Below are positions 11,539 to 23,124 of a stretch of DNA of 64,000 nt, piece by piece (position 1 is the first letter of the stretch; each line of letters opens with the position of its first letter). The position numbers and the translations under genes are program-made. Under the pieces are notes generated by a model. It was given only the letters and a program-made list of their open reading frames with translations, ran no database searches and had not been told where the DNA came from. Location: contig CDRNVI010000026.1 in the NCBI GenBank assembly GCA_977017575.1, positions 434,001 to 498,000 of the forward strand. The letters run 5' to 3'. The stretch comes from Paramoeba atlantica. Taxonomy: Eukaryota; Protista; Discosea.

Positions 11539-12040
11539 ATGATAGCTAATCAATAATAGGACAAAATAAATGAACTCGTGAGTTGAATCTGTTTTATTAT
11601 ATCGACCTATGAGGGGCTATCCCCGGTGTGACCCCCCTCGGCTATCCCCCTCATGGGTTCCTGCTTGGAAAACTCTGGTGTGGGCGGAAAACTCTGATTT
11701 TCCGCCATTTTTAGGATCATTCAAAAGTCCAAAATTCTGCAAAACCTGCGTCCCTTTTTTTTGTTATTCAGGTCTTTTTACGACCTTATACGTCGGTACA
11801 GTCCACTGTTCTCTGACAATCGTACTTTCTCGATTTTTTTAGAAAAGTGAAAATATAGTTTTTTAATGAAATAAAGTAATTGAAGTACTTCATACTAACT
11901 TTATTCGCCAAAAAGAAAACCGTTTTTTTTACTTCATTGTAACTTATCGTTTCCGCGAACCCTGTTTTTTCATGCATCGCATGACTCGCATTATTACGCA
12001 TCATATTCCATTAGAACTCCTTTACGAATCTCACCCTCCC

Positions 12041-12895
12041 ATGTCCGACGGCAACACCGTGTTCATCGGTAACATCACCTCCCAGAGCGAGTCCGAGATC
12101 GAGTCCGCGCTGGCCCCGTTCGGGGAGATCACCAGCGTACGCCTGCGTGGGGCGTTTGCGTTCGTGGACTTCACCTCCCATGACAGCGCGGCGAAGGCCA
12201 TCGACAGCGTGACCACAATCGCGGATGGGGGCGTGCGGCTGGATTGGCCACGGCCGCGACGGGCTCCGGCAGCAGGAGGACCAGGGGGCGCTGCCGGGGG
12301 GAGAGGGTGCTTTAGCTGTGGAGAGGAGGGTCACCGTGCACGGGATTGCCCGAATGCCAGTCAGGGCAACAAGTGCTTCAACTGTGGCGGGTTTGGACAT
12401 ATCTCCCGGGAGTGTACAAAGGAGAAGGTGCCCCCGGGGGCGTGTTTTGTGTGTAAGGAGAGTGGGCACCGTGCGGCGGAGTGTCCGAACCGAGGAGGGG
12501 GGGATGATCGACGAGGGGGGAGTCCCGGAGGACGACGCGGTCGTAGCCGGTCGTACTCTCGTGGACGCTCGATTTCACGCTCTCCTCCTCGACGGGGATA
12601 CGGGAAGCGCGGGCGAGACTACGATAGCGTCAGTCGTAGTCGCAGCCGGGGTCATGGTCGCCGGGACAACCGCCGACGCTCGTACGATCGTGAGGACTCT
12701 TGCGACCGTCGCCGGGGCCGAGGACGACGGGAGGAACGAGGCAGGTACGAAAGTCGAAGCCGAAGTCGGAGCTACGGACGGCGCCGCAACGAGCGCAGTG
12801 AAAGCCCCCGTCGGGGACGAGGAGGAGGTCGCGAGCAGCGCAGTCCCCCACGACGACGCTATCGTGACGAAAGTGAAAGCCCACGTCGACGATAG
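12041..12895 (+). CDS. SR-like RNA-binding protein: RRM + 3 CCHC zinc knuckles + RS domain
   Basis: RNP2 VFIGNI, RNP1 GAFAFVDF; CFSCGEEGHRARDC, CFNCGGFGHISREC, CFVCKESGHRAAEC; RS-rich tail. Confidence 0.9.
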   Translation: MSDGNTVFIGNITSQSESEIESALAPFGEITSVRLRGAFAFVDFTSHDSAAKAIDSVTTIADGGVRLDWPRPRRAPAAGGPGGAAGGRGCFSCGEEGHRARDCPNASQGNKCFNCGGFGHISRECTKEKVPPGACFVCKESGHRAAECPNRGGGDDRRGGSPGGRRGRSRSYSRGRSISRSPPRRGYGKRGRDYDSVSRSRSRGHGRRDNRRRSYDREDSCDRRRGRGRREERGRYESRSRSRSYGRRRNERSESPRRGRGGGREQRSPPRRRYRDESESPRRR

Positions 12896-13474
12896 GTGGG
12901 TCAACTATAGAAAGAGATCAAAGTTGTACAAGGTTTAAAAAGAATTTAAAATTCTTAAAAAGAATTTAATATACATTGAGGAGAAAAAAAGTATCAATTT
13001 TTTTGGACATTTTTTTATACATTTTGAGGATAAAGTTAAAAAAAAATGAAACGAGAGATGAGCATACGCAGCACACACCAATTAACGAACTATCAGGCAT
13101 AGTTTACAATTTCGCGTTATATTGGTTATTCGTTGAATAATTAGCTTTTCCCTCAACTTATTACATATCGGTTCGAAATATTTTACATGGGCTCCCCAAG
13201 TTCCAGGGTAGGAACAAAGTAAGTAGGGGACTTGCTTGGAATATCATAAGCTTAATTATTGATTCGTCTTGTGGTACATCATGGTAATAGGCGTTACATG
13301 TACGATGAAATCAATCTCAAATTCTCTGTATCCGCTTTTATTTCGTATAATCCTAACACGGATTAAATACTTTTCGTTGCGAAGATGCACATACATGATG
13401 CACATCGCCTACAGGGCCTCTTTATTCTTTTACTACTTTTTGCTTAAAATCTAGTCTCTTTACAGTTTCCTTAC

Positions 13475-14146
13475 ATGAAGTCGTTAATTGAAATAACCTC
13501 TTCGGAGGACACATCTTCCGCTACTGGAAGATCCGCTCGCCCTGCCAAAGTGCGTGGCGCTGTGTTATCCCCGGAATTTGCTCTCATGCATTTCTTCGAA
13601 AATCCTCCTCATGGTTGGAGCGAGCAAAAAGTAATACGACACTGGCCTGGAATAGTCTGTAACAAGGCAGGTAAGGTAACGAAAATTACTGTTTTTGGTC
13701 AAGACCCGCATGGAGTGATGCGGTGGAATTACCTTCCCGAAAGCGTACGATCCTTAGAAGCGAGTTCGAACGGCTTGCAAGGCACTCTTGAACTCTCGCG
13801 CCTACCGTGGGATTTACGAAAACTTGACTTGAGCCATAACGTTCTAGTTGGCACGTTGGATCTATCGATGTTTCCGCAGTCCATGCATTACATTAACTTG
13901 GGGCATAACCAACTCCGTGGATCCCTCAACCTTGAATGCCTCTCTCCCGAGATGCGCTTCCTCGAGCTGCAACACAATGGATTTCACGGAGAGGTAAACT
14001 TAAACTGTCTTCCGAGAAGCATGCATCATCTTGGGTTATCTCATAATATTGAGCTTACTGGAGAGGTGAAAATGTGGAAACTCCCAAAAGGTCTTTGGTA
14101 CAATTGGGTAAAAACTGGCATCCGCGCCTATCCCGTGAATGTTTAA
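13475..14146 (+). CDS. Short LRR protein, same family
   Basis: RPAKVRG motif, W...HWPGIVC cap, ~5 LRR units. Confidence 0.85.
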   Translation: MKSLIEITSSEDTSSATGRSARPAKVRGAVLSPEFALMHFFENPPHGWSEQKVIRHWPGIVCNKAGKVTKITVFGQDPHGVMRWNYLPESVRSLEASSNGLQGTLELSRLPWDLRKLDLSHNVLVGTLDLSMFPQSMHYINLGHNQLRGSLNLECLSPEMRFLELQHNGFHGEVNLNCLPRSMHHLGLSHNIELTGEVKMWKLPKGLWYNWVKTGIRAYPVNV

Positions 14147-14583
14147 TGAGTAACGAATCAGTTCGCATAATCTTGCGCTACATTATGTAGCATAGGATTT
14201 ACTAGGATTATGTAACATCTTACTTAAATTGCATGTATTCTCAAGTTTTTCGCCAAGTCGCGTATATCGTAGTGTCCTATATCGTACAGCTCGCGGCAAT
14301 ACGAATCAATTTATTGTTCGTTCGTTTGATTCTTTGTTTGCGTTAGCTCATCTTATTTTCAGTGCTCCGTAAATCTACAAAGGTTCCATTACAGTACTAA
14401 ATTTTATAAGTTTTGAAATACGGCCCCTTAAAACTATATTGTTTAAACTTTTGTCTTCCTGTGTAGTTTATTCCATAAATCCTGTTTAAAAAATCAATCA
14501 CACGCTTCTCTCACACAAAAAAAATCATCTTTCTTTTTTTCCTTTTTTCCCTTTCCTTTCCTCCCCTTCCTTTTGTTTCCCTC

Positions 14584-15405
14584 ATGAGTGAGTCCGACGC
14601 CTCCGTGCTCCCCCACGACCCCTCCTCTCTGCTGTTCCTTGCGAAGCTCGCGGAGCAGACAGAGCGGTTCGAGGACATGGTGCGCTACGTGAAGGGGCTG
14701 GCCGCACTCAAGCCCGAGCTCTCCCCGGAGGAGCGCAATCTGCTCAGCGTGGCGTACAAGAATGTAATCGGGGCGCGACGTGCGGCATGGCGTGTGGTCG
14801 CGGCGGCGCTTACCCAACATGAGAGTGTTCTCCCCGAGGGGGAGAGTGGGGAGACCGAGGACGCCACGCGAACCGCACTGCGCGAGTATAAGTCCAGTAT
14901 TGAGTGTGAGGTCGGGGAGGTTTGTACCGATATTGTTACGTTACTGGAGGGTACGCTTCTCCCGGCGGTGGCGGAGGACGCCGAGACCCGAGTGTTCTAT
15001 CTCAAAATGGAGGGCGACTACTATCGTTACCATGCCGAGACGCTTGGCGAGGAGAAGGCAGATGCCCCGAAGCGTCACGCGTTGGAGGCGTACCGCACAG
15101 CCACGGAGCTTGCGGAACCTGTGTTGAGTCCAACTCACCCGATCCGTCTCGGTCTTGCTCTTAACTTTTCTGTCTTCTACTATGAAATTTTACATGACTT
15201 TGATAAAGGATGTGCTATGGCACAGAAAGCTTTTGATGACGCGTGCCCGGATCTTGAGTCTCTTGACGAGGAAAATTACAAAGAAAGTGCGTTGATTTTG
15301 CACCTACTCCGAGACAATTTGGCGCTGTGGAGAAACGAAGGCGAGGATGCCGAAAATAGCTCGGAAGGAAGTGATGCAAGCTCGCAAGCGGAAAACAGTC
15401 AATAA
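14584..15405 (+). CDS. 14-3-3: 14-3-3 protein
   Basis: LAKLAEQTERFEDM, EERNLLSVAYKNVIGARRAAWR, FYLKMEGDYYRY, PTHPIRLGLALNFSVFYYEI, LLRDNLALW. Confidence 0.97.
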   Translation: MSESDASVLPHDPSSLLFLAKLAEQTERFEDMVRYVKGLAALKPELSPEERNLLSVAYKNVIGARRAAWRVVAAALTQHESVLPEGESGETEDATRTALREYKSSIECEVGEVCTDIVTLLEGTLLPAVAEDAETRVFYLKMEGDYYRYHAETLGEEKADAPKRHALEAYRTATELAEPVLSPTHPIRLGLALNFSVFYYEILHDFDKGCAMAQKAFDDACPDLESLDEENYKESALILHLLRDNLALWRNEGEDAENSSEGSDASSQAENSQ

Positions 15406-15832
15406 GTCACTTCCGCTTTCTTTATTTTCCTAGAAAACGAGATTTACATAGAATCTTTATCTGAACACAAACTTTGTTCGCTAAAACGAAAATGAGAAAG
15501 TTTGTCATGGCATTTCGTATTTTGTTTCGTAAATTCTTTTTTCACTTTGGAACTGTGTAGACCTATGCCCTCAGAATAGTGTGCAAATCATACGCGTGGT
15601 CGCATTATGTAAACTGAAAATTTTAAATTCTAAAATTCATTTCTATCCTCGTAAGTTGCCAACATTGGCAGGCTTTCTATTTTCTTAATTAACCGGAACA
15701 CTCCTACAAAGAACTACCTGTACTAAACTCTAGACTAAAGTACAGAACTAACTTTCTCATAGTTATAATTTAGTAGTGTATGTCGCTTCATGTAGGCAAG
15801 GAAGCTAGTCATTTTACTTCTTTTTTATTTCT

Positions 15833-16642
15833 ATGAATTTGCTTTCTCGAACGTCAGACATTTCCGCTCTTCGCCCTTCCAAAGTGCGAGGCGCATTCAT
15901 GCCAGCAGAAGTATGTCTTGATCGTTTTCTTCGAAATGTGACAAACCGGCCGAAATCTTGGACAACAGATTACGACGCGTGCATGTGGGAATGTGTAGAT
16001 TGTAACAGCAGGCGGGAGGTGTTTCGCTTGCGCTGGCAATTTCAACGGCTTGCGGGAACTCTTTCCTGGGCTGACCTTCCCCCCACACTTTCAAAATTAA
16101 ATTTGGGTAGCTTTGAGCATCACACCAACAACCTTTCTGGCACAGTTTCATTCAACTCTTTTCCGCGCGGCATACGCTCACTGCTTCTGGGATATAATGA
16201 ATTCAGCGGCAATCTGAACACTGAGCACTTTCCAACGACGCTAGAAAAACTCGATGTGGAGGAGAATTCTTTTGACGGCTCAATAGCCCTTGAAACTTTG
16301 CCTCTCTCCATGCAAGCAATGGATGTAGGGGGGAATTTTTTGTCCGGTAGTTTGAATTTAACGATGCTTCCCATGTTAGCCTCATTGGGGCTTGCGATAA
16401 ATCGATTTACAGGGTGCATCGACCTGACGCAACTTCCAAAAACTCTTCTGGAACTTCATTTGCATGAAAATCGTCTATGTGGAACAATTGATCTTACTTC
16501 TTTGCCACCGAAGTTAGAGTACTTGCATTTAGACACCAATGAGTTTACAGGTATTGTAGATGCTCGTTCAGTACCTTCGTCGTTGGTGTATCTCAGCCTT
16601 GAAGAAAATAATTTTTCATCTATTCAAGGTAATGTATTATAG
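15833..16642 (+). CDS. LRR protein, same family
   Basis: RPSKVRG motif, W....DACMWECVDC cap, ~7 LRR units. Confidence 0.87.
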   Translation: MNLLSRTSDISALRPSKVRGAFMPAEVCLDRFLRNVTNRPKSWTTDYDACMWECVDCNSRREVFRLRWQFQRLAGTLSWADLPPTLSKLNLGSFEHHTNNLSGTVSFNSFPRGIRSLLLGYNEFSGNLNTEHFPTTLEKLDVEENSFDGSIALETLPLSMQAMDVGGNFLSGSLNLTMLPMLASLGLAINRFTGCIDLTQLPKTLLELHLHENRLCGTIDLTSLPPKLEYLHLDTNEFTGIVDARSVPSSLVYLSLEENNFSSIQGNVL

Positions 16643-17464
16643 GCATCTCATCCAATATTCTTATAACAGGGGTGCAAATCTGATACAGGAGACGTCAGAA
16701 AAATGGCACTTTTACTTAATTTCGGAAATTCATGGCGTGCATTTGAATTCGCACAGCTTTGTATATTCGCACACCTTTGTATGTTTCGGGAGAAGAGGTT
16801 TCCGTGAAATTCACTTACCGTGACCCACCCCCTAACTAGATACATCGGAACATACGTTGTTCTGGGAACTGTTCTTCGTTCTGCGAGAATGAGAACGACG
16901 CTCTGTGTGTCCACTCTGCATGAAATCATGTAAAATGTAATGTAAAATGTAATAATGTAATGTCATGTAATAATGCAAAACATATCTAAAAAATTGCCAA
17001 GGAGTCTTACGTTCTTTTTCTTCTTTTCTCATCACTAATAGAATTTTCTACTTTACTCATGGCTCAAGGCTTTTAGCACACTCAACACGTTGGTATACAA
17101 GCTTGTGGTCCAATAGCCTTTGAATAATGTCCCTTTCGCTTGTCGCTGCCAAAACTGTGTATGACCAATTGTCGGTACAAGAAAAATCTGTGCACTGCCG
17201 ACAATTTATGTCCAAAGTAGCCAAAAGTTTTGGCTTCTTTCCACCTTTTTGAAAAAGGTGGAAAAGTATCAGATTAACTGATGTATTTGCTTCAAAATGA
17301 GTCTTTAGAATAATTATGACTCTTTTTCAAAAAAATTTAAACTTTGGCGCAAAACCGGTTCCCTTTCATTAATGATTTAATAAATTTAATTTTGAAATTT
17401 ATAAGCGTGTTTCGTAGGTAGGAATGAAACATTACTCAGTGAATACAACATCTATGCTTGACGG

Positions 17465-17584
17465 TAATGTGAGGGTTGGTAGTCCTAATCTGGGCTTACC
17501 CAGAGAGGGTCCACCAACCCGTCATTATCACGGCGCAGTAGACGCGCCATGGCAGGCCTGGCACCATGAAGGCCAGAAAAAAAA
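17465..17584 (+). repeat. ~120-bp dispersed repeat ending in A8; inverted copy at 22872-22991
   Basis: TAATGTGAGGGTTGGTAGTCC...GAAGGCCAGAAAAAAAA is nearly identical to the reverse complement of 22872-22991. Confidence 0.85.
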
Positions 17585-18890
17585 GGCACATTCATGGATA
17601 CTCAGGCACATCCCACTGAAGGGGCCGACGACACGCAAGAAGTGGTCTCTCCAGCATCCGAACAAGTCGAATGTCGAAAAGGCTTCAATACGCTGTCGGG
17701 AAATTCATTTAGAGAAAAATTAGGAAAACGAAAATAAATACTGTTACTATAGTAAATAAATAAAGTTAGTAATAGTAAATACGAAACGAAATATTGCAAC
17801 TGCAAATGTATAATTTATCCAGACACCGTGATACATGATTGAAGTTTGATACAGACATCCTTTGAAAGGAAGGATACATACACGACAAGATGTGTATGAA
17901 GCCTCGCTCGCAATAATTTAACTTAACACAAATAAATTGAGATACAGTGAGTCGTTGGTTCAATGAATGAAGCCGAGCACACCATCATTCTCGGAATCTT
18001 TATCACGTCTATTATTCGGACGGCAACCCTACATACACACACGTTTAAGCCACCAGAACTATACAGAACTGTACTACTTCAACTAGTCTCTACTTGTATT
18101 ACTAGGAATCTATACTGAATTAGCATTCTTACTACTCTTACTAGTGGATCTACTCTAGGAAAGGCCGTTCCATTAAAACCTAGAAACCCTCCACTAAACG
18201 AGTAACTACGACTCAATGGCACTGGTCATTTAGGGTTCCACTAATTTACGCATCATCTAAGATGCAGGGATACCACACTTACAAACACACCACACTTACT
18301 AACAGGTATGGCGTATCCAAAACGTAATAATAAAAGCGAGTCAGAGACCACACGTGGAACTGTAGTCATACAGACCGACAGTATCCAACAGCCATGGCAA
18401 TTCCACGAGAGGCAGTACCCTTGATGCGAGCGGTCATATTCTGTATTTTTTGCCTCTATATTACCCAATACATGAGCCATGAAGGTCCATAGGGGGGGTT
18501 GTCATGTTCTATATAAAATAACTAGCAATTGGCGAGCCCAAAACTAGCAAATGTATGTAAATTATGCCGCTAACATGAAGCAATAAAAATTAAAACAGAG
18601 AAACAAGCAAAACATGCCATTCGCGCAGGTTCCGGACCGGGTCTTTCGATCTCTCCACGGCCTGACTTGTGAACCCTTCCCTTGTTATACGGGAGGGCGC
18701 AGGCGCGGGCCTGTGTCGACAGCGACACGGTCGCGAAACAGGATGCTGGTCGACGGGGAGGAGATTCACTACCCGTGTACTACCTCACTTGGGGTACCTA
18801 GCCCTCGCGGGCTAGGCGTAAGTATAGACTCTGTCGACGCGACCAGCACCCTAATCGTCTTGTTACCCTAGCGGACCATGCCTGTGGGCC

Positions 18891-19688
18891 CTACTCCTCT
18901 TCCGGGGGAGCTTGGGGGTCACTGACGACTATCCGGGAGACCATCATGCGGGCCTGAGAGCGCATGAGTGTGACGTTAAGCTCTTTCAGAAGGTCATTTC
19001 GGGCTTGAGCATCCGTGAGAAGACCTTTTGACGAGTTGGCGCGTAGTGCTCCCACCTTCCATAAGACCGCCATTGCGCTTTTACTCCACGAGCCAAAAGA
19101 CTCGACAACCATGGCCGTGAACCCTAGTTGTGCTTCTTCTGCTTCTTGACGTTGTTTTTCCTTCGTTTCTGAGTAATGCTCGGCGAAAGACCCTGCAGCC
19201 ACCCAGCTAGCATTCCGGACAGAGTCCAAATACTTTGTTTGCTGTGCGTGGGTGACTGCGAAGTCTAGTACCATGCCTTTCCCTAGAGTGTACGTGGGGA
19301 GGAAAACGTCAGCCGGTCTGGTGAGACCCCCTCCTGGCCCCCGATTTCCTAGACTTTTTTCTCGCTGGGGAGCCATGTTGGCCTTGCTGCAAAAGGAGGC
19401 GAATTCTACACAAAGCGCATTGTGACGCGTGATGAGGCCATGTCCGTTCTTGCACAATAATGTATGCTCCCCATTTTTCTGTAGGGGTAGGGAACACCCG
19501 TTTGCTGGGCAGGGGCGGTCTTGGCCATAAATGTCCATGCCAAACCACCAGCGCGATAACGTGCGGAACTCGGTTGGTGTGAAGGCAAAACCTTTACTCC
19601 TTGAGGGCGTTTTTTTTTGCAAATAATTGGGGGGAGTAGTATTGAGTCTAATGTTTTTATCTACTTTTCCAACTTTCCTACTCTCCAC
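18891..19688 (-). mobile_element. CRE-clade non-LTR retrotransposon, 3' fragment (Zn finger + restriction-like endonuclease)
   Basis: EFRTLSRWWFG, CPANGC...GEHTLLC, ITRHN, RPADVFL...MVLDFAV, VVESFGSW; RT absent. Confidence 0.8.
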
Positions 19689-20319
19689 ACTTACAATCCT
19701 TCACCCAAAAAGCTTTCATCCTACTTCCTTCCTTCCCCCACTTCCTGCCCCTCACCACACTTCCCTTCCTCCACTTACGCCCTACCCCACTGACCGGCTC
19801 GTCCGCGCAGGGGCCCATGCGGTTCAGAGCCTCCGCTCTCACCCCGTTAGCAATATAAGATACTTTGTGTTGCTGTGCGAGGGTGGGAGACGTGGAGGTG
19901 ACCTCCGCTCCCACCCCGTTAGCAGTATCAGATACTTTAGGTTGCTGTACGAGGGTGGGAGACAAGGAGGAGACGAAGCGCAAAGACGCCGTCGCGCCAA
20001 GGGGGGAAAGCGAAAAGAGAGACATGGCGGGACGGACGCGGAGACGAGGGGAAACAACGCCGCAGCCCATCGGTCTGGAACTCTGCCCCCACCCCGTGAG
20101 CAAGTATAGTGTACTTTGGGCTGCTGGCACGGGGGTGGGGGACGCAAGAGAGAAAGACAGAAGAACAACGAGCGCGCAGAGGCGGGAGGAAGAGGTGGGG
20201 GGATACGACACAGGGGAATGATGGGACGAGAGAGGGAGGGGGGATGCCGACAATAGTGAGAAAATTTGAGGGGGGATGCCGACAATAGAGAGAAAATTTG
20301 AGGGGGGTGCCCTCCAAAC

Positions 20320-22800
20320 TTTTTTTTTATCTCTCTCTCCCTGAACCCCATCGCCCAGCTAGCCTCGTACCCCGCGGCGGTACCAGTCTTGTACTGCCGC
20401 CTGTACAATCTGGGCATTACCTTTCTGGATGGCCACCCCTATGGCCATCAGAAGGTGGGACATGCATCCGTTCTTGTCGGATAGGTGGGCCCGGGCCACC
20501 TTGGTTAGGAAGTTCAAGGTCTCTGGGCCCGGGATCCCGTACGTGGAGAAGGCCAAGGGGTAAAATTCCATCCCTCGGGCGGTCGCCATCTCATCGTGTG
20601 AGCGCCGCTTGTTGGCCTCCGCCATCCTCAGGGTATGAGAAGGCTCTGCGGCCTCCTTCTCCACGTAGGACGGGGCCAGTGGGTTCACCACGGTGACATC
20701 AACTAGGGCAGTCTTCCGTCCCAGCTGGAAGCATATGTCGGGCCCCCGTCCATTGTCGAACCTCGGTTCGTGTAGGTCCGGTTTGAAACCATATTGCACG
20801 AGAAGGTTTCGAAAGGTTTCCTTGACCTCCTTGTGGCGGGAGGCCTGGGTTTTCCCCTTAACCTTCTTGCAATCCAGTGCGTGTACGCAAAACTCCTCAT
20901 TGCGGAGGGTTGCACCGCACACGCACTGGAGCTCAGGTTCCGAGGTGGGGGCGACCAAGTACCGGAGACGGGCCGCAGTCTCCCACTGCGGGTCCCGCAT
21001 GTAATACTCCGGCCTGTTGGGCCATGCGTTCATCCACTTAGTGGAGTGAATGTTCTGGGTCTGTCGCATGCAGACCAGTTGGGTGGCCGTCGGGGCTTTC
21101 CCCAACGCGGCCTCACAGAGGTTGCTCCGCTGTTCCTTGGCTGACATGCCTTGGGGTCGGCCCTGTAGGGTGTTCTTCGCCTTGGCCTGCATGTCTTCCG
21201 CCTTGTGCTCGAAGGGGATGGTCCCGAGGAAATCAGCCGTGAAAAGGTTATTGGAGAACGGCGTTTTCCCCAAGGAGCTCATCCCCCCGAGCAAGGCCTC
21301 AGCACATGCCAGGACGGCTTTGTCGACCTGGGTATTGGCCACTTTAGTGACCGGGGGGTCGTGGGTCCTTACGATGTAGTTCCATCGAGGACTCCCACAG
21401 AGTCTTAAGAGGGGCAAGGCGCATTGCCTGCTAATGTCCTTGAGTTTCCCCTGGAAGGAGATTACCTTGGGGGCCTTGGAAAGCACCCATTCTTCCTCCC
21501 TAGCCTCCGACACCCCGATGAAGGCCCCCAGTAGTTCGACCCCCCCTGGGGAGTGGACCGTGCGAGATCCGGAGAACTCGGAGAAGAGCTCCTCGCGTCT
21601 GGTAGCTACCTTGCATTTAGCGGTATTTAACCGTAGCCCAAGATGTTTCAGCTCCTCGCGGAGGGCCTCTAGGGCTTCCGCGCAAACCTTGGGTTCACCA
21701 GCAAAAGTGACGTCATCCAGGTACGCCCAGACCTTCAGCGTGCCTGTGAAGTTGGCCGCCACTCTGGCGATTGCCCCCTGGATCCCTATGGCAAATAGGA
21801 TGGGAGCCATGGGGTCACCTTGCTTGACCCCCCTTGAGCTCGTGATGCATTGGCCTTCCCCAAGGTGAAGGGTACTTGTGGTGCCGTAGCTGAAAAGGGT
21901 GATTCGGCCTGCCCCTGAAGTGCTGTCGCACATTATAAATTATGTGCTCACACCCCTGCGTGTATTGGGCTCCAAACTGGATGCCCTGAAAGTAAGTGGG
22001 GAGATGTTCCCGGATTTTCTCCAGGGCAAGGAGCCCCGCCACCTTGAGGATGCACTCTCCCATGGCGATGGGCATGTAGGACGAGTGGTGCCCCGCCGGG
22101 GAGTCCGGTTTGGTGAATAGTTTTAAAGACGCCCCCGTGAGCAGTTCCCTCATTGAGGGGGGGAGGGAGTTGGCCATTATCCCGTGGATTATCCACGTGA
22201 TACAGTTGCGGGGTCCATCTTCCTGTATCAAACGCCATACTCTCTATCAAATCAACGTGACTGTTTCAACGCTACATGCGAATCTACTCCATGCGAGCGG
22301 TTCGACGCTGCATCAAACAGCGGATCTACGCTCCTATAAATCCGCATGAGTGGCTCGACGCTGCAGGAGCAGCGGATCTACACTACATGCGAGCGGTTCG
22401 ACGCCGTATCAAACAGCGGATCCACGCTCCTATTAATCGGCATGAGTCGCTCCACGCTGCAGGAGCAGCGGATCTACACTCCATGCGAGCGGTTCGACGC
22501 TGTATCAAACAGCGGATCCACGCTCCTATTAATCGGCATGAGTCGCTCCACGCTGCAGGAGCAGCGGATCTACACTCCATGCGAGCGGTTCGACGCTGTA
22601 TCAAACAGCGGATCCACGCTCCTATTAATCGGCATGAGTCGCTCCACGCTGCAGGAGCAGCGGATCTACACTCCATGCGAGCGGCACCACGCTGTGTCAA
22701 ACAGCGGCTCCACGCTCCATCACATCAGCGTGAGTGGCTCCACGCTGCTAAAACAGAGGCTCCACACTCCATGCGGGCGGCTCCACGCTCTATCGAATCT
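20320..22800 (-). mobile_element. Second CRE-clade retrotransposon (RT + CCHC + RLE), internally deleted and frameshifted, A9 tail
   Basis: ORF 21815-22231 (MPIAMGE, QFG) and ORF 20359-21933 (GVKQGDP, YLDD, GLRLNTAKC, CVCG..HALDC, RH, GPD..VDVTV). The DxxNAFN block is missing at the frame junction near 21930. A T9 run at 20320-20328 is the poly(A) tail. Confidence 0.88.
22291..22800. repeat. 96-bp tandem repeat (~5.3 units) at the 5' end of the CRE element
   Basis: ATGCGAGCGG at 22291, 22387, 22483, 22579, 22675 and a variant at 22771. Confidence 0.92.
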
Positions 22801-22991
22801 GCTTGAATTCCGCCGAATTAGTTTTCGGATTTTGGTGCAGGCCGGGTTTCAAGCCCGGTGTTGTCAAAACATTTTTTTTCTGGCCTTCATGGTGCCAGGC
22901 CTGCCATGGCGCGTCTACTTCGCCGTGATAATGACGGGTTGGTGGACCCTCTCTAGGTAAGCCCAGATTAGGACTACCAACCCTCACATTA

Positions 22992-23060
22992 TCACCACCT
23001 ACGTATGCACCTAGATACTGGTTCCAGGCCGGTGGGTGACAGGCATGCCTTTGGGGCTGT

Positions 23061-23124
<64 letters not shown>

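Noticed and set aside
12011-12938. Overlapping antisense and alternative-frame ORFs over GC-rich genes (also over 14-3-3, CRE and the transposases)
   Set aside because: Shadow ORFs with no recognisable motifs.
18625-18665. Group II intron domain V-like hairpin
   Set aside because: No AGC/CGC triad in the right register and no domain VI.
22872-22920. GGCCTTCATGGTGCCAGGCC resembles the start of the HDV ribozyme
   Set aside because: No downstream complement for P1 (GAAGGCC), so the pseudoknot cannot form.
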